Source: Ignavibacteriota bacterium
GTDB lineage: Bacteria > Bacteroidota > Ignavibacteria > UBA10030 > UBA6906
DNA length: 64,000 nucleotides
Reading direction: 5' to 3'
NCBI GenBank assembly: GCA_963811705.1
Contig: CAWESL010000008.1
Span: 454,673 to 518,672 of the forward strand
Part shown: in pieces, positions 20,467 to 30,459 of the stretch
Position numbering within the stretch: the first letter of the stretch is position 1
Layout: each line of letters starts with the position of its first letter
Translations under genes and position numbers: made by a program
The notes under the pieces: generated by a model
Told to the model about the DNA's origin: nothing
What the model saw: the letters and a program-made list of their open reading frames with translations, nothing else
Database searches by the model: none

Positions 20467-21837
20467 TCAATAGAAGGTCACACTTACCGTCAGGCCGGCT
20501 GAAATGAACGCAGATGAAGAACTCGGGTCTTTGACCAGGACAGTCCTCTGGTTCAGGACATCGACGGGCAACGTCCATTCGACGACAGGAGCAATCGACC
20601 AATTGCCGACTGCCAACTCCACAGGAAGCGCGAGGCCGTACGACATGATGCTAAACACATCGTATGGCGACCCCGATACTCTCACGATTTCTTTCTTCTT
20701 CGACCGGAGGATTCTCTTCTGGAGAAGCCGCTCGCTCTGTTGCCCCCAGGTTGCTTCCGCGGTCGGACTGACCTCCAGCGTTCCGCCGAACACATTATCG
20801 CTGACAACGATGCCTGCGGAGACGCCGAGATCGATGCTGATTTCTGATCCGCCCCCGGCCGTGAAGTCGTCGAGAAGCGTCCCTTCCACATTCACAGGGT
20901 CGGTCTGGAGCCCGAGCGCGCCGCTGACTTCCTGATTTGTAACGGCCTGGGGGCGGGGGCTTGAGGCAGAATACCAAAAGTGCGTATACGCAATGGAACC
21001 GGAGAACACTGTTGAGGCGGAAAATTCGTAACCGGCACCCAGGCTGGTGACATCAGGGGTGGACAGCGACGTCGTTACCCACCCGAGAGAACCGGCAAGA
21101 TAGAGTCCGCTTGAATGGTGGTACGTTGCGGTCGGGCCGATCGACCCAGCGGAGATTCCATTGTCTCTGCCGCGATAGCTCGTGTGGCTCTCATATCCGG
21201 CATCGACTTCGAAACGCGTTGCGTGATCTTTCGTGTAGCTTGCGTAGTCCTCTTTCAGGACCTGGAGAGTGTCGTCGAGAGCTTCGGCGTTTTCCGTTGC
21301 GGCGTCGTCAATCGAAGATTCCCATGCTTCCACAATTGTCGCCATCGAGTCGCCGTAGAAGCCGGAGATGCTGTCCGCTGCTGCCCGATATGCCTCCTCG
21401 GCACTATCATAGTCTGCGGCAGTCTTGCACGTGGGGCACGTTGCGCTGCCGGCATGGAACGTTTGAAGATCCTTTTCGAATTGGGCCAACAGTCCGGTGA
21501 TCATTACCCGTGATGGAGTCCCGATCAGATTCATGGATTGTTCCTGCCGGCGGTTGAAGAGGCGCGCATTGTTTCTCCGGGAAACATCAAGAGAATCGTG
21601 GGCTACAGAGAGGGTGGAGTCGAGTCGTTTCCGAAGGGCCCATGAGCAGGAGAGGAAGTATTCATGGCCGTGGGTCACCAGGGTCTCGACGTACTTCTTC
21701 TGATCGCGGAGAAGCGAATCCGTCGCCAATCGCAGGGTGTTGCGGAATGCTTTGTCCAGGGTGTCAGGATTCTGAGCGAAGGCAGGCGCGGGGCCGAGCA
21801 GGGAAAACGCGAGAACAGCAAGGGCAAGGAGACGCAT
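20467..21837 (-). CDS. Hypothetical outer-membrane protein (helical N-domain, C-terminal beta-barrel)
   Basis: Signal peptide AFA; amphipathic strands; terminal AGLTVSVTFY. Confidence 0.7.
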   Translation of the reverse strand: MRLLALAVLAFSLLGPAPAFAQNPDTLDKAFRNTLRLATDSLLRDQKKYVETLVTHGHEYFLSCSWALRKRLDSTLSVAHDSLDVSRRNNARLFNRRQEQSMNLIGTPSRVMITGLLAQFEKDLQTFHAGSATCPTCKTAADYDSAEEAYRAAADSISGFYGDSMATIVEAWESSIDDAATENAEALDDTLQVLKEDYASYTKDHATRFEVDAGYESHTSYRGRDNGISAGSIGPTATYHHSSGLYLAGSLGWVTTSLSTPDVTSLGAGYEFSASTVFSGSIAYTHFWYSASSPRPQAVTNQEVSGALGLQTDPVNVEGTLLDDFTAGGGSEISIDLGVSAGIVVSDNVFGGTLEVSPTAEATWGQQSERLLQKRILRSKKKEIVRVSGSPYDVFSIMSYGLALPVELAVGNWSIAPVVEWTLPVDVLNQRTVLVKDPSSSSAFISAGLTVSVTFY

Positions 21838-22051
21838 AGGAGACCTTCCGCAGCGCGTGAATGGATGCCGTCTCTCGACGAGATTGTAGTTATAATCCTG
21901 GGCATGCGGATTTAGTTCCGCGGGGAGAAATATTCTGAGGTTCTTAAACCCCGATTCTTCCAGATGATTTCACCGGAAGCTTGATGTCGCTGTGATTGCG
22001 CGAACACCTGGCGGACAAAGGGTTCCGGGAACGAGCGAAGAGGGAGGTGCC

Positions 22052-22951
22052 ATGTTCTCTGCCGCAAAAAATTGGAAGGCGCATCGGATGCTCCGGTTGT
22101 TTGCGGACCGGTGCACAGCCCACGTCAGAAATGAACGGCAACGCACAGTGGTCCGTTCCGCCGTCCTGAAGATTGCAGAGGAGAGACAATCGGGCGCCGC
22201 CCCATTGTGTCTGGATCCGCGCTTCCGGCTTCGCGTAGAGTTGGAGGATATCGAGGAACATCGCCTTGAGTACATCCTCGATCAATTCAACGGTCTTTCC
22301 TATTCCGAGGAGCTTCAATTCCCAGGGCCACTCGAACGCAGGCTCATGGCCTGCCATCAGAATTCAGGTCTGCGATTTCATTGGAAGCGGCCCTTCCGAC
22401 GGGCATCAGTCTCCATACGACTGATCGATACGACCGTCGGATTCGGAGTGTTCGCAGACCGGGACCTCGAAGAAGGAGAAGTGGTCGGCGAGTATGCTGG
22501 GTTTGTATCGATCAGCGAGTCGGTTGCCGACAGGACGTACTGTTACGAGTATCCCGCCTTGCACTACGCCGGAGAAGAGACTTCCCTTGTTGTCGATGCT
22601 GCCCGTACCGGCAACGAGACCCGATTTATCAATCACGCCCTGCCGGAAGTCGTTACGCATAGTTTCGAATTCTTCAATGGTCACTGGCGTGTACCGTTCA
22701 CTGTCAATTGCGGCATCGAGAAGGACGAACAGCTCTTCATCGATTATGGGTCGGGCTATTGGGAAGGGCAATCCCGCCAACCGCTGGCGCTCTCCTCACG
22801 GGAAATTCCGCCTGATGAAGCGCCGGGTGAGGCGAACGAGTCCGGGGCAATTCCCGACGCGCAGGCGTCTGCGTGCGAAGAAGTCCTCGCGCAACCTCAT
22901 CACGAGGGGATGGGGGGACCGCAAAGCTATCAAAAAAACATGGTTGCCTAG
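22052..22951 (+). CDS. SET domain protein (putative protein-lysine methyltransferase)
   Basis: GGAGG RBS; GFGVFA....GEYAG, DA...GNETRFINH, QLFIDYG..YW; the stop codon lies inside a REP-like copy. Confidence 0.85.
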   Translation: MFSAAKNWKAHRMLRLFADRCTAHVRNERQRTVVRSAVLKIAEERQSGAAPLCLDPRFRLRVELEDIEEHRLEYILDQFNGLSYSEELQFPGPLERRLMACHQNSGLRFHWKRPFRRASVSIRLIDTTVGFGVFADRDLEEGEVVGEYAGFVSISESVADRTYCYEYPALHYAGEETSLVVDAARTGNETRFINHALPEVVTHSFEFFNGHWRVPFTVNCGIEKDEQLFIDYGSGYWEGQSRQPLALSSREIPPDEAPGEANESGAIPDAQASACEEVLAQPHHEGMGGPQSYQKNMVA

Positions 22952-23083
22952 GCAACCGTCTTAATGTTCGCAATTCCTCACTTTTGAGGCCGCAAACAAA
23001 GGACGAAAAACATGGCAGGTTAGGCAACCATCTTAATGTTGCCAAGCATCAAAAAACATGGCAGCCTCAGCAACCGCTTTTTC
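22933..23083 (+). repeat. REP-like palindrome cluster 3 (3 copies)
   Basis: Cores at 22942 (perfect GGTTGCCTAGGCAACC), 23014, 23060. Confidence 0.9.
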
Positions 23084-23124
23084 TTCATTTCTTCATTTCC
23101 CAATCACCTGTTCAAGGAGGTATC

Positions 23125-23487
23125 ATGAAGATTCTCGGCAAGCGTTTCTGGACCTGGATGAGCGTCTGGGCGATCTCCTTCTTTGTCAGGGGCGAAATGG
23201 CGGGAGCCCGTCCGAATCCGTCGAGTCCTCAGGAGGCGACGTCGACGACAAACCAAAACAAAACCGCCAACAAGGTCACGCACAAGATTCCCACGCCCGA
23301 ATTCACCCGGCACAAAGAGGGGTCGGGAAAAGCGGGATTGGACATTAAAAAGGGGAGTGAGCATGGCAGGGTCAAGGAAGGACCGTTGGGTTACAAGTTA
23401 CAGAATCCCAAGAAAGAGAGTTCGAAAACGATCAAAATGAACACCGTGAAAACGTCCAAGTGGTCAACGCATTCGAAGCCAAAGTGA
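23125..23487 (+). CDS. Small Lys/Thr/Ser-rich exported protein with Trp-rich leader
   Basis: AAGGAGG RBS; MKILGKRFWTWMSVW leader shared with the 23523 and 31319 ORFs. Confidence 0.75.
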   Translation: MKILGKRFWTWMSVWAISFFVRGEMAGARPNPSSPQEATSTTNQNKTANKVTHKIPTPEFTRHKEGSGKAGLDIKKGSEHGRVKEGPLGYKLQNPKKESSKTIKMNTVKTSKWSTHSKPK

Positions 23488-23522
23488 ATTCGGGCATGGC
23501 ATTCTCGATGGTGAGAGAGAGC

Positions 23523-23816
23523 ATGAAGATTATCGGAAAACGATTCTGGACATGGATGGGCGTCTGGGTTTTCGGACTCTTCGTCAAGGGGGAGGTGGTT
23601 GCGGCGTACACCCGATACAAGATCACGAAGGATGTCGTCAATGAAAAGACGAATTCACCCTTGCACGATACGCGCGGGTACAACGTGCCGCCGGATGCGA
23701 TCACGGTGAAGCAGACCGGCAAGACCGGCGGCACTGCGGGACTGAGAACCGATGCGGGTTCCAAGGATCCCGTCAAACGATCATCCAAAACGCTGAAGCA
23801 TCACTTTCGCAAGTAG
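23523..23816 (+). CDS. Small Lys/Thr-rich exported protein with Trp-rich leader
   Basis: MKIIGKRFWTWMGVW leader paralogous to the upstream gene. Confidence 0.75.
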   Translation: MKIIGKRFWTWMGVWVFGLFVKGEVVAAYTRYKITKDVVNEKTNSPLHDTRGYNVPPDAITVKQTGKTGGTAGLRTDAGSKDPVKRSSKTLKHHFRK

Positions 23817-23882
23817 CCGTAGCCTGGACATTGACGGCGCCTTCCTTCCTCACCGCCTCCGACACCCTGCGTCCGGCCTCCC

Positions 23883-25058
23883 CTATCGGCCGATGACTTC
23901 CGAGTTCGGAATGTTGATCTGGAACGTCAGTTCGTAAGCATCGACATAGTTCTTGGTCGGCTTGGTCCTCTGACCGTTCGGCAGCGTCTGTGGTTGTGTC
24001 CAGTAGACTTTCTGCACGACAAGCTTCTGAACGCCATTCCCGAAATTCTGTGCCTTGCCAAACACCATGAACTGCGAATCCGTCAAATCGGATTCAAGTT
24101 CCTGGACAGTGTTTCCGATGATCACGACCGTTTCATCCCCCGACGGCTTCGGAAAAGTCACCGGTTGAACGCTCAGGGCCCGATCATCCCCTTCTTTCAT
24201 GGCGAGCACCTCAAGAGAGCGCAAGGTCTGATTGATGTACACATTGAGCCGGAGATCCTCCGATGGCAGATAGAGAATGCCGCCATTCCCACTGGCCGGC
24301 AGCCGTTTGATCCGCTGCAGTGTCACGGAGGCCTGGTTGAATGCGGTGGTGACGACCGTATGTTTTGGGGGGAGCGAAAACAGGATCGCTCCGTCGACGT
24401 AGTTCTTCGATTGCGATCCCGGGTCGAGTCCGAGGCACCCGCACGGGACGAGCGAAATCGTGTCCCGTCTCCCGCCTCCTCCGGGGAGCGACGCACGGAG
24501 CTTGCTGTCGACCAGGTTGGTGAGCGTGTTCGCGATGAAAAAGTTGAGGGCCTCTTCACTGAACGACGCCCCGTCGAGGTATGCGGGCTGGAGCGATGTC
24601 GTCGTGGTTAACGCTCCATGCGACGTAAACCACCCGCTGCACCGGGTGAACACGTCGATGGATTGACCGATTTGCCGGTCGAAATACGGAATGCCGTGGT
24701 ACCGGATGTCGGTGACGTTGTAGGTCACGATGAAGGCATTCCACACCTGATTTTCATTCGGAGTTGTGATGTTCTGCGTCGGCAGAAGATTGGGCTGATT
24801 CACGATCGCTGAGAAGCTGACATGCGCCGAAATCCCGGTGGAATTTGCATCGCGGGCGATGTGGGCATTGGTGCTGTCGACGCCCTGTTGGATCGCGAGG
24901 AGGACGCCGTTCACGATTGCGCTCATGACCACGGAACGGACATCATTGGGTCTGGGTGGTGGCGGTCCCTGCGCGGGGGGCTGGGCAAATCCCGCCGCTG
25001 CGCAGAGGAAGATGCAACTGGTGACGCGGAAAACAAGAGGCTTCATGGATGGTGGCAT
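23883..25058 (-). CDS. Secreted hypothetical protein
   Basis: AAGGAGGAG RBS, signal peptide (GFA-Q), Pro-rich linker, long open frame. Confidence 0.75.
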   Translation of the reverse strand: MPPSMKPLVFRVTSCIFLCAAAGFAQPPAQGPPPPRPNDVRSVVMSAIVNGVLLAIQQGVDSTNAHIARDANSTGISAHVSFSAIVNQPNLLPTQNITTPNENQVWNAFIVTYNVTDIRYHGIPYFDRQIGQSIDVFTRCSGWFTSHGALTTTTSLQPAYLDGASFSEEALNFFIANTLTNLVDSKLRASLPGGGGRRDTISLVPCGCLGLDPGSQSKNYVDGAILFSLPPKHTVVTTAFNQASVTLQRIKRLPASGNGGILYLPSEDLRLNVYINQTLRSLEVLAMKEGDDRALSVQPVTFPKPSGDETVVIIGNTVQELESDLTDSQFMVFGKAQNFGNGVQKLVVQKVYWTQPQTLPNGQRTKPTKNYVDAYELTFQINIPNSEVIGR

Positions 25059-25346
25059 AAAGCTCCTCCTTTCGTGAGGTTGGATCGAGGATGGCAGAAC
25101 GAAAAGATACGAGTGAGAGGGAGGTAAGACGCATCGTAAACACCGGGACGGGGTAATCCGTTCCGCGGATTCGTCGATCGCTCTCCTTCCGCGCTCCTTC
25201 CTCTTGCGATCGCTCGCACGGTTGTCCCGGGACCACAGCACGACGAGCGCTCGTTGCCCGCCCTCGCCGCAGAATCCCGTAAATGAGCCCGCAGGCCGAG
25301 AACCTTACTTTTAGCATAACGCTACATTAAATTACCTAAATAACTA

Positions 25347-25376
25347 TTGACAATAAGCCGTCATGCCTTATATTGT
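25347..25376 (+). promoter_or_regulatory. Probable promoter of the glnK-porin-amtB operon
   Basis: AT-rich tract with TTGACA at 25347 and TATATT/TATTGT 16-18 bp downstream. Confidence 0.45.
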
Positions 25377-25488
25377 TAGGTGCGCCTTTCAATCGCCCTA
25401 AACAAGCGAGGAAGCAGGAAGCCTGTGTGCCGGACAGCATCTCTCGTCATGGGACAGGCCCGACATCATAACCAACAAGAGGAGCGCT

Positions 25489-25827
25489 ATGAAGAAGATC
25501 GAAGCGATCATCCGGCCGCACAAAGCTGAAGAGGTACGCGAGGCTTTGCTCGACGCCGGTTTTTCGGGGATGACCCTCATCGAGGTCCGCGGTTTCGGAC
25601 GGCAGAAAGGTCATTCCGAAATGTATCGAGGTTCCGAGTACAAGATCAATTTCCAGCCCAAGATCATGGTGCAGATCGTTGTCGCCGACAAGGACGAAGA
25701 CAAGGCGGTCGAATGCATCCTCAAGGTCGCCAAAACGGGCGAGGTGGGCGACGGCAAGATCTTCGTTTCCACCATCGACGACGTAATTCGCGTCAGGACC
25801 GGAGAATCCGGCGATGCGGCATTGTAG
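25489..25827 (+). CDS. glnK: Nitrogen regulatory protein P-II (amtB-linked)
   Basis: MKKIEAIIRP, GFGRQKG..E.YRG.EY, TGEVGDGKIF, RVRTGE. Confidence 0.93.
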   Translation: MKKIEAIIRPHKAEEVREALLDAGFSGMTLIEVRGFGRQKGHSEMYRGSEYKINFQPKIMVQIVVADKDEDKAVECILKVAKTGEVGDGKIFVSTIDDVIRVRTGESGDAAL

Positions 25828-25858
25828 GGTCAACTACCAACGAATCAGGAGGGTTCTC

Positions 25859-26938
25859 ATGTTATTGAGAAAACGATCAAGCGCTCCGTGGGCGGGCATG
25901 ATGCTTGCGATGACGATCAACCTGTGTGCATTCGCCCAGTCCAAAGACACCACCGCCACGCCCGTGGTCATCGGGGGATACATCGACAGCTACTTCAGTT
26001 TCAATCTTGACCGTCCGATAACGCATGCAAACCAGCTTCGTAACTTCGATGTGACGGAGAACCAGGTGACGCTGGCGAACGCCGAGCTTTCTGTGACGAA
26101 AGTCGCCGCGCCATGGGGATTCCGATTGGACCTGGACTACGGTCCAACGAACGACATCGTCCAGAGTGGTGCGCCGGGATCGGTGGCAAACGTCGGGCAG
26201 GCGTACGTGACCTACGTTGCACCGCTGGGCAGCGGGCTGACCATTGACGCCGGAAAGTTCGTGACCCATATGGGGTTCGAAGTGATCAAGGCGAAGGACG
26301 ATTACAACTACAGCCGCTCCCTCCTCTTCGCGCTCTCCATCCCGTATTATCACCTCGGTGTCCGGGCCGCGTATCCCGTGAGCAGCATGCTGACGCTCAG
26401 TGGGTACCTGTACAATTCCTACAATGGTCCGACCGTAAACAGCGGGAAGACTTTTGGACTCGAGGCCAGCTTGGTGCCGAGCAGCACGTTCTCGCTCATC
26501 TTCAACTATATCGGGGGCCCCGCACTCCCGGACAGCGTTTCAAAGAAATTCCGAAACGTCGCCAATCTGATTGCCGTCTACCAGGCAACGGAAAAGTTGT
26601 CGTTTGCCCTCGATGCGGTGTATGGCCAGGAGAACCTCCCTTCAGCAACCGCCCTCTGGAAGGGGATTGCGGGATACGTGCGATATTCGTTGTGCGATCC
26701 GAGCACGATCACGCTGCGCGGGGAAATCTACAACGACCCCGAGGGATATACGACGGGGACGTCACAGAATATTGATGAAATCACTCTCACCTACGAATAC
26801 AAACCGATCGCAAACCTGATTCTCCGGGCTGAATACCGCTATGATTCAGCTGACGGTGTGGTCTATGATGGGAGCGGCGGACCGCTGACGAGACGCAATC
26901 AGGCGACGCTCGGTCTCGGTGCAATCGTGATCTTTTAG
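25859..26938 (+). CDS. Outer-membrane beta-barrel porin (OmpL-like/BBP2 type)
   Basis: GGYIDSYF, QAYVTY, GKFVTHMGFE, NYSRS, RAEYRYD, terminal Phe. Confidence 0.8.
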   Translation: MLLRKRSSAPWAGMMLAMTINLCAFAQSKDTTATPVVIGGYIDSYFSFNLDRPITHANQLRNFDVTENQVTLANAELSVTKVAAPWGFRLDLDYGPTNDIVQSGAPGSVANVGQAYVTYVAPLGSGLTIDAGKFVTHMGFEVIKAKDDYNYSRSLLFALSIPYYHLGVRAAYPVSSMLTLSGYLYNSYNGPTVNSGKTFGLEASLVPSSTFSLIFNYIGGPALPDSVSKKFRNVANLIAVYQATEKLSFALDAVYGQENLPSATALWKGIAGYVRYSLCDPSTITLRGEIYNDPEGYTTGTSQNIDEITLTYEYKPIANLILRAEYRYDSADGVVYDGSGGPLTRRNQATLGLGAIVIF

Positions 26939-26995
26939 AAGTACCGGAATGCAATAACCACACTGTCTCTTACCTGAGAGGAAGGAGAATTTCTT

Positions 26996-28564
26996 ATGAT
27001 GCGGACTTTCAATCGAATGCGGTATGTGATCACCTCGGTGGCGTTGCTGGTTGTTCTCCTGACAGCGGCACCGGTTGCACATTGCGGAAGTGATCCGGAT
27101 CCGTCCGGGACGAAAACGGGGAACGTTTCCGACGTGCCGGCCGCCAAGCCCGGTTCGCCGACTATCCAGGAACTCGGCGACGCGGTCGGGCACAATCGCG
27201 TGTCGATCAACTTCGTCTGGACGCTGGTCACCGGATTCCTGGTCATGTTCATGCAGGCCGGATTCGCACTCGTGGAATCGGGCTTGACCCGCGCCAAAAA
27301 TTCCGGTCACACCATGGCCATGAATTTCATGATCTACCCACTCGGGATGCTGGGGTTCTACCTGTGCGGTTTTGCGTTCATGTTCGGCGGGGTCGGTCCC
27401 CTTACCACGCTCGGCGGCTACTCCGGATTGAGCAGCGAAATTACAGTCAATCTCTTTGGGAAATCGTTCGGTCTCCTGGGATGGCAGGGCTTCCTCCTCC
27501 AGGGTGCCGGCTATGACACCGCAGCGTTCACCCTGTTCCTGTTCCAGATGGTCTTCATGGACACGACCGCCACGATTCCGACAGGAGCGGCGGCCGAACG
27601 CTGGAGGTTTTCCGCGTTCATGCTCTACGGGGTCTTCATCGGTTCAGTGATGTATCCGATCTTCGGCAACTGGGTCTGGGGCGGTGGCTGGCTCTCACAG
27701 CTTGGTGTCAATTTTGGCCTCGGCCACGGTCATGTCGACTTTGCCGGTTCGAGCGTTGTGCACATGCAGGGAGGAGTTATCGCGCTGATCTTCGCGTGGC
27801 TCCTCGGTCCCCGATTCGGGAAGTACAATAAGGACGGCAGCATCAATCCGATCCCGGCCCATAATGTTCCGTTCGTCATGATCGGCACGTTCATCCTCGC
27901 GTTCGGCTGGTTCGGCTTCAATCCCGGATCATCGCTTGCCGGCACGGACCTTCGAATCGCCGTCGTCGCTGTCAACACGATGATTGCGAGCGCGACCGGC
28001 GCTCTGTTTGCCACACTCTGGGTCTGGATCGTCCGGACAAAGAAACCCGACCCCACCATGATGGCGAACGGCATGCTGGCCGGGCTTGTCGCAATCACTG
28101 CTCCCTGCGCCTTCGTGAGTGCAGGCGGTGCGGCGATTATCGGCATTGTCGCCGGCATTCTTGTGGTCGAATCTGTCTTCTTCTTTGACCGGATCAAGAT
28201 CGACGATCCGGTGGGTGCTATTTCTGTCCACGGCGTCAACGGCGCATGGGGTTGTCTGTCGATCGGCCTCTTTGCCGACGGGACGTACGGCGACGGCTGG
28301 AACGGCGTCAGCGGGACGGTCACGGGTTTGTTCTACGGCGGCGGTCTCAGCCAGTTCTGGGCGGAGGCGATCGGGGTCGTCACCTGCTTTGTTACGCTGT
28401 CGATCATCTCGATCATCGTGTTCAAGATCATCGACGCAATTGTCGGGAACCGTGTTTCGCAGGAGGTGGAAATCGAAGGCCTCGACATCCCCGAGATGGG
28501 ATTGGCCGGGTATAGCGGGATCGTGCTGGACAAGTTTGGAGAAACCCCGCATCCGAAGTCGTAG
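26996..28564 (+). CDS. amtB: Ammonium transporter
   Basis: FMQAGFALVE, DFAGSSVVH, WFGFNPGS, DDPVGAISVH, EIEGLD. Confidence 0.96.
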   Translation: MMRTFNRMRYVITSVALLVVLLTAAPVAHCGSDPDPSGTKTGNVSDVPAAKPGSPTIQELGDAVGHNRVSINFVWTLVTGFLVMFMQAGFALVESGLTRAKNSGHTMAMNFMIYPLGMLGFYLCGFAFMFGGVGPLTTLGGYSGLSSEITVNLFGKSFGLLGWQGFLLQGAGYDTAAFTLFLFQMVFMDTTATIPTGAAAERWRFSAFMLYGVFIGSVMYPIFGNWVWGGGWLSQLGVNFGLGHGHVDFAGSSVVHMQGGVIALIFAWLLGPRFGKYNKDGSINPIPAHNVPFVMIGTFILAFGWFGFNPGSSLAGTDLRIAVVAVNTMIASATGALFATLWVWIVRTKKPDPTMMANGMLAGLVAITAPCAFVSAGGAAIIGIVAGILVVESVFFFDRIKIDDPVGAISVHGVNGAWGCLSIGLFADGTYGDGWNGVSGTVTGLFYGGGLSQFWAEAIGVVTCFVTLSIISIIVFKIIDAIVGNRVSQEVEIEGLDIPEMGLAGYSGIVLDKFGETPHPKS

Positions 28565-28666
28565 GGGATGGTGTTCGCCGAATTCACGGCTGCTGCTGTG
28601 TCAGTGTTCGCCGCGGCGCGATGGCACAGCAGCAGTTTCCCATTGAACCAAACGCAGAAGGAGTAA

Positions 28667-28996
28667 ATGATGAATGCTCTCATCCCAATCGGCGCGATCA
28701 TCCTCGGTGGAGCCATCGGCTATTCGTTCGGCGCCATCCAGATGGCGGCGTTGTTGAGAAACAAGAAACGTCAGGACGAAGGGAAACTGCGGAGCGGCTG
28801 GTCAATCATGCCGCACTCCTTCGGCCGTGTCGCCATTCTCATTCTCATCCTTGCGGTGATCCAGCTCGCCCTGCCGGAATTCTTCCGGGATCGCACGGCA
28901 CCCTGGCTGATCTCCGCGGGGGTGGTGGTGGGATACGGGTTGACGCTCGTCCAGCAACTTCGGCGACGCACGGACATAGGTCACGCGGGACGATAA
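28667..28996 (+). CDS. Small membrane hypothetical protein
   Basis: AAGGAG RBS; three hydrophobic segments. Confidence 0.7.
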   Translation: MMNALIPIGAIILGGAIGYSFGAIQMAALLRNKKRQDEGKLRSGWSIMPHSFGRVAILILILAVIQLALPEFFRDRTAPWLISAGVVVGYGLTLVQQLRRRTDIGHAGR

Positions 28997-29106
28997 CGGC
29001 CCGAATTGAGGACAATTCGGCTGCGGCCCGACCGTTGTCTGTGCGGAAGATCATTGCCTTTCCTGTCGGTCAATGGTACCTTTGATCGATTGAGAATTCG
29101 GACGCA

Positions 29107-30267
29107 ATGGAAATCTCTGGGGACAGTCTGGCGACGCCGATCCGCGTCGGGATTAAAAGCTTCGACAAATTTCTGGAACGCTATCACACCGATCATCCGT
29201 CGCTGGTGACGCTGCAGACGTCGCGCGATCCGGCGGCGGTGCTGAGTGCCCTGAGTGAACGAATCGGCATCGGCGCACGCAATGCGACCGATTTCCTCGA
29301 GTGCATTCACCTGAACCCGGGGTTCGGCGGTGCCGATGTGTTTCATCTTGCCAACACCGTTACGATCTCCCGCAAACCCTGGGTGTCGTTGTTTGAGCAT
29401 TATCTGCCCCGATGGAATCCCGCCTCAGAATTCGGCATGTCATTGCTGGCGCGTCCGCAATGCCGTCGACTCATCGCGATGAGCAACTATGCGTCAAGAA
29501 CTCAGGCGTCCAGGGCGCGACAATTTCCGGTGTTCGAAGAGACAATCCGAAAGAAGATTGTTGTCCTCCACCCGGGCCAGCCGACGCTCGCGAGTCCCTC
29601 CCGGGTCCGTTCGAGGGATGCTGAAGAACTGAAGTTCGCATTTGTCGGGGCCGATTTCTTCCGAAAGGGCGGGCGCGAGATCTTGCTTGCCTTCAACGCC
29701 TTGATCCAGGAAGGCGAGAGAGTCCACTTGACGATCGTTTCGTCGTTGATCACGGGAGACTACGCCTCCCGCTCGACATCGTTGGACGCCAAATGGGCAT
29801 TAGAGATGATCCAGGGGATGGGGAGCAGGGTGACCTACATCCCGTCGATGTCACATCACGAAGTCCTCGACCTTTTTCTCCGTTCGGATGTCTCTCTTCT
29901 TCCGACCTATCACGACACCTATGGCTTTGCCGTTCTCGAGTCGCAGGCCGCGGCGTGCCCGGTGATATCCACTGATTGTTGTGCCCTTCCCGAAATCAAC
30001 GATCCTGATGCGGGTTGGTTGATTCGGGTTCCCACCGATCCTCTTGGTGATCCGTATATCGAGACGGCGGAGCAGCGAGCCGTCTTCTCGCGCACAGTCA
30101 GCGAAGGATTGCGGGCGACCGTGAAAGAGATCTGCAGAAACCCCGAAGTCATTCAGGCGAAGGGGGGCACGGCCCTCGGCCGGATCGCCCGGATGCATGA
30201 TCCCTCAAGAATTCGCGACGCGGTCGAGGCGATCTGCATTGATGCCGTTCGCGGCGAGAAACTCTAA
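29107..30267 (+). CDS. Glycosyltransferase family 4 (GT-B)
   Basis: FVGADFFRKGG, LLPTYHDTYGFAVLESQAAACPVIST; start uncertain. Confidence 0.85.
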   Translation: MEISGDSLATPIRVGIKSFDKFLERYHTDHPSLVTLQTSRDPAAVLSALSERIGIGARNATDFLECIHLNPGFGGADVFHLANTVTISRKPWVSLFEHYLPRWNPASEFGMSLLARPQCRRLIAMSNYASRTQASRARQFPVFEETIRKKIVVLHPGQPTLASPSRVRSRDAEELKFAFVGADFFRKGGREILLAFNALIQEGERVHLTIVSSLITGDYASRSTSLDAKWALEMIQGMGSRVTYIPSMSHHEVLDLFLRSDVSLLPTYHDTYGFAVLESQAAACPVISTDCCALPEINDPDAGWLIRVPTDPLGDPYIETAEQRAVFSRTVSEGLRATVKEICRNPEVIQAKGGTALGRIARMHDPSRIRDAVEAICIDAVRGEKL

Positions 30268-30286
30268 AATCTAAAATTTCCGTCCC

Positions 30287-30363
30287 CGGTTCGACCCGGG
30301 TCTGTCCCGGGTCTGACCCCGACCTGTCCCCGACCTGTCCCGGGTCTGTCCCGGGTCTGACCC
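30287..30363. repeat. 11-bp tandem repeat (GGGTCTGWCCC/CGACCTGTCCC x6-7)
   Basis: Read directly; the same motif recurs at about 63300-63317. Confidence 0.8.
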
Positions 30364-30459
30364 CCATGGAACCCTCTAATTCCTTTCCCTGTTTGCTCTC
30401 TGGTGCCTCTTCGTCACTACGGAGGGTCCCAAACACTGGGCCAATACAGGGAGGGTCGT

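Noticed and set aside
22942-22957. Resemblance of GGTTGCCTAGGCAACC to the eukaryotic RFX X-box or to parS
   Set aside because: No RFX-like or ParB gene here; core differs from parS; linkage to RAYT is the simpler explanation
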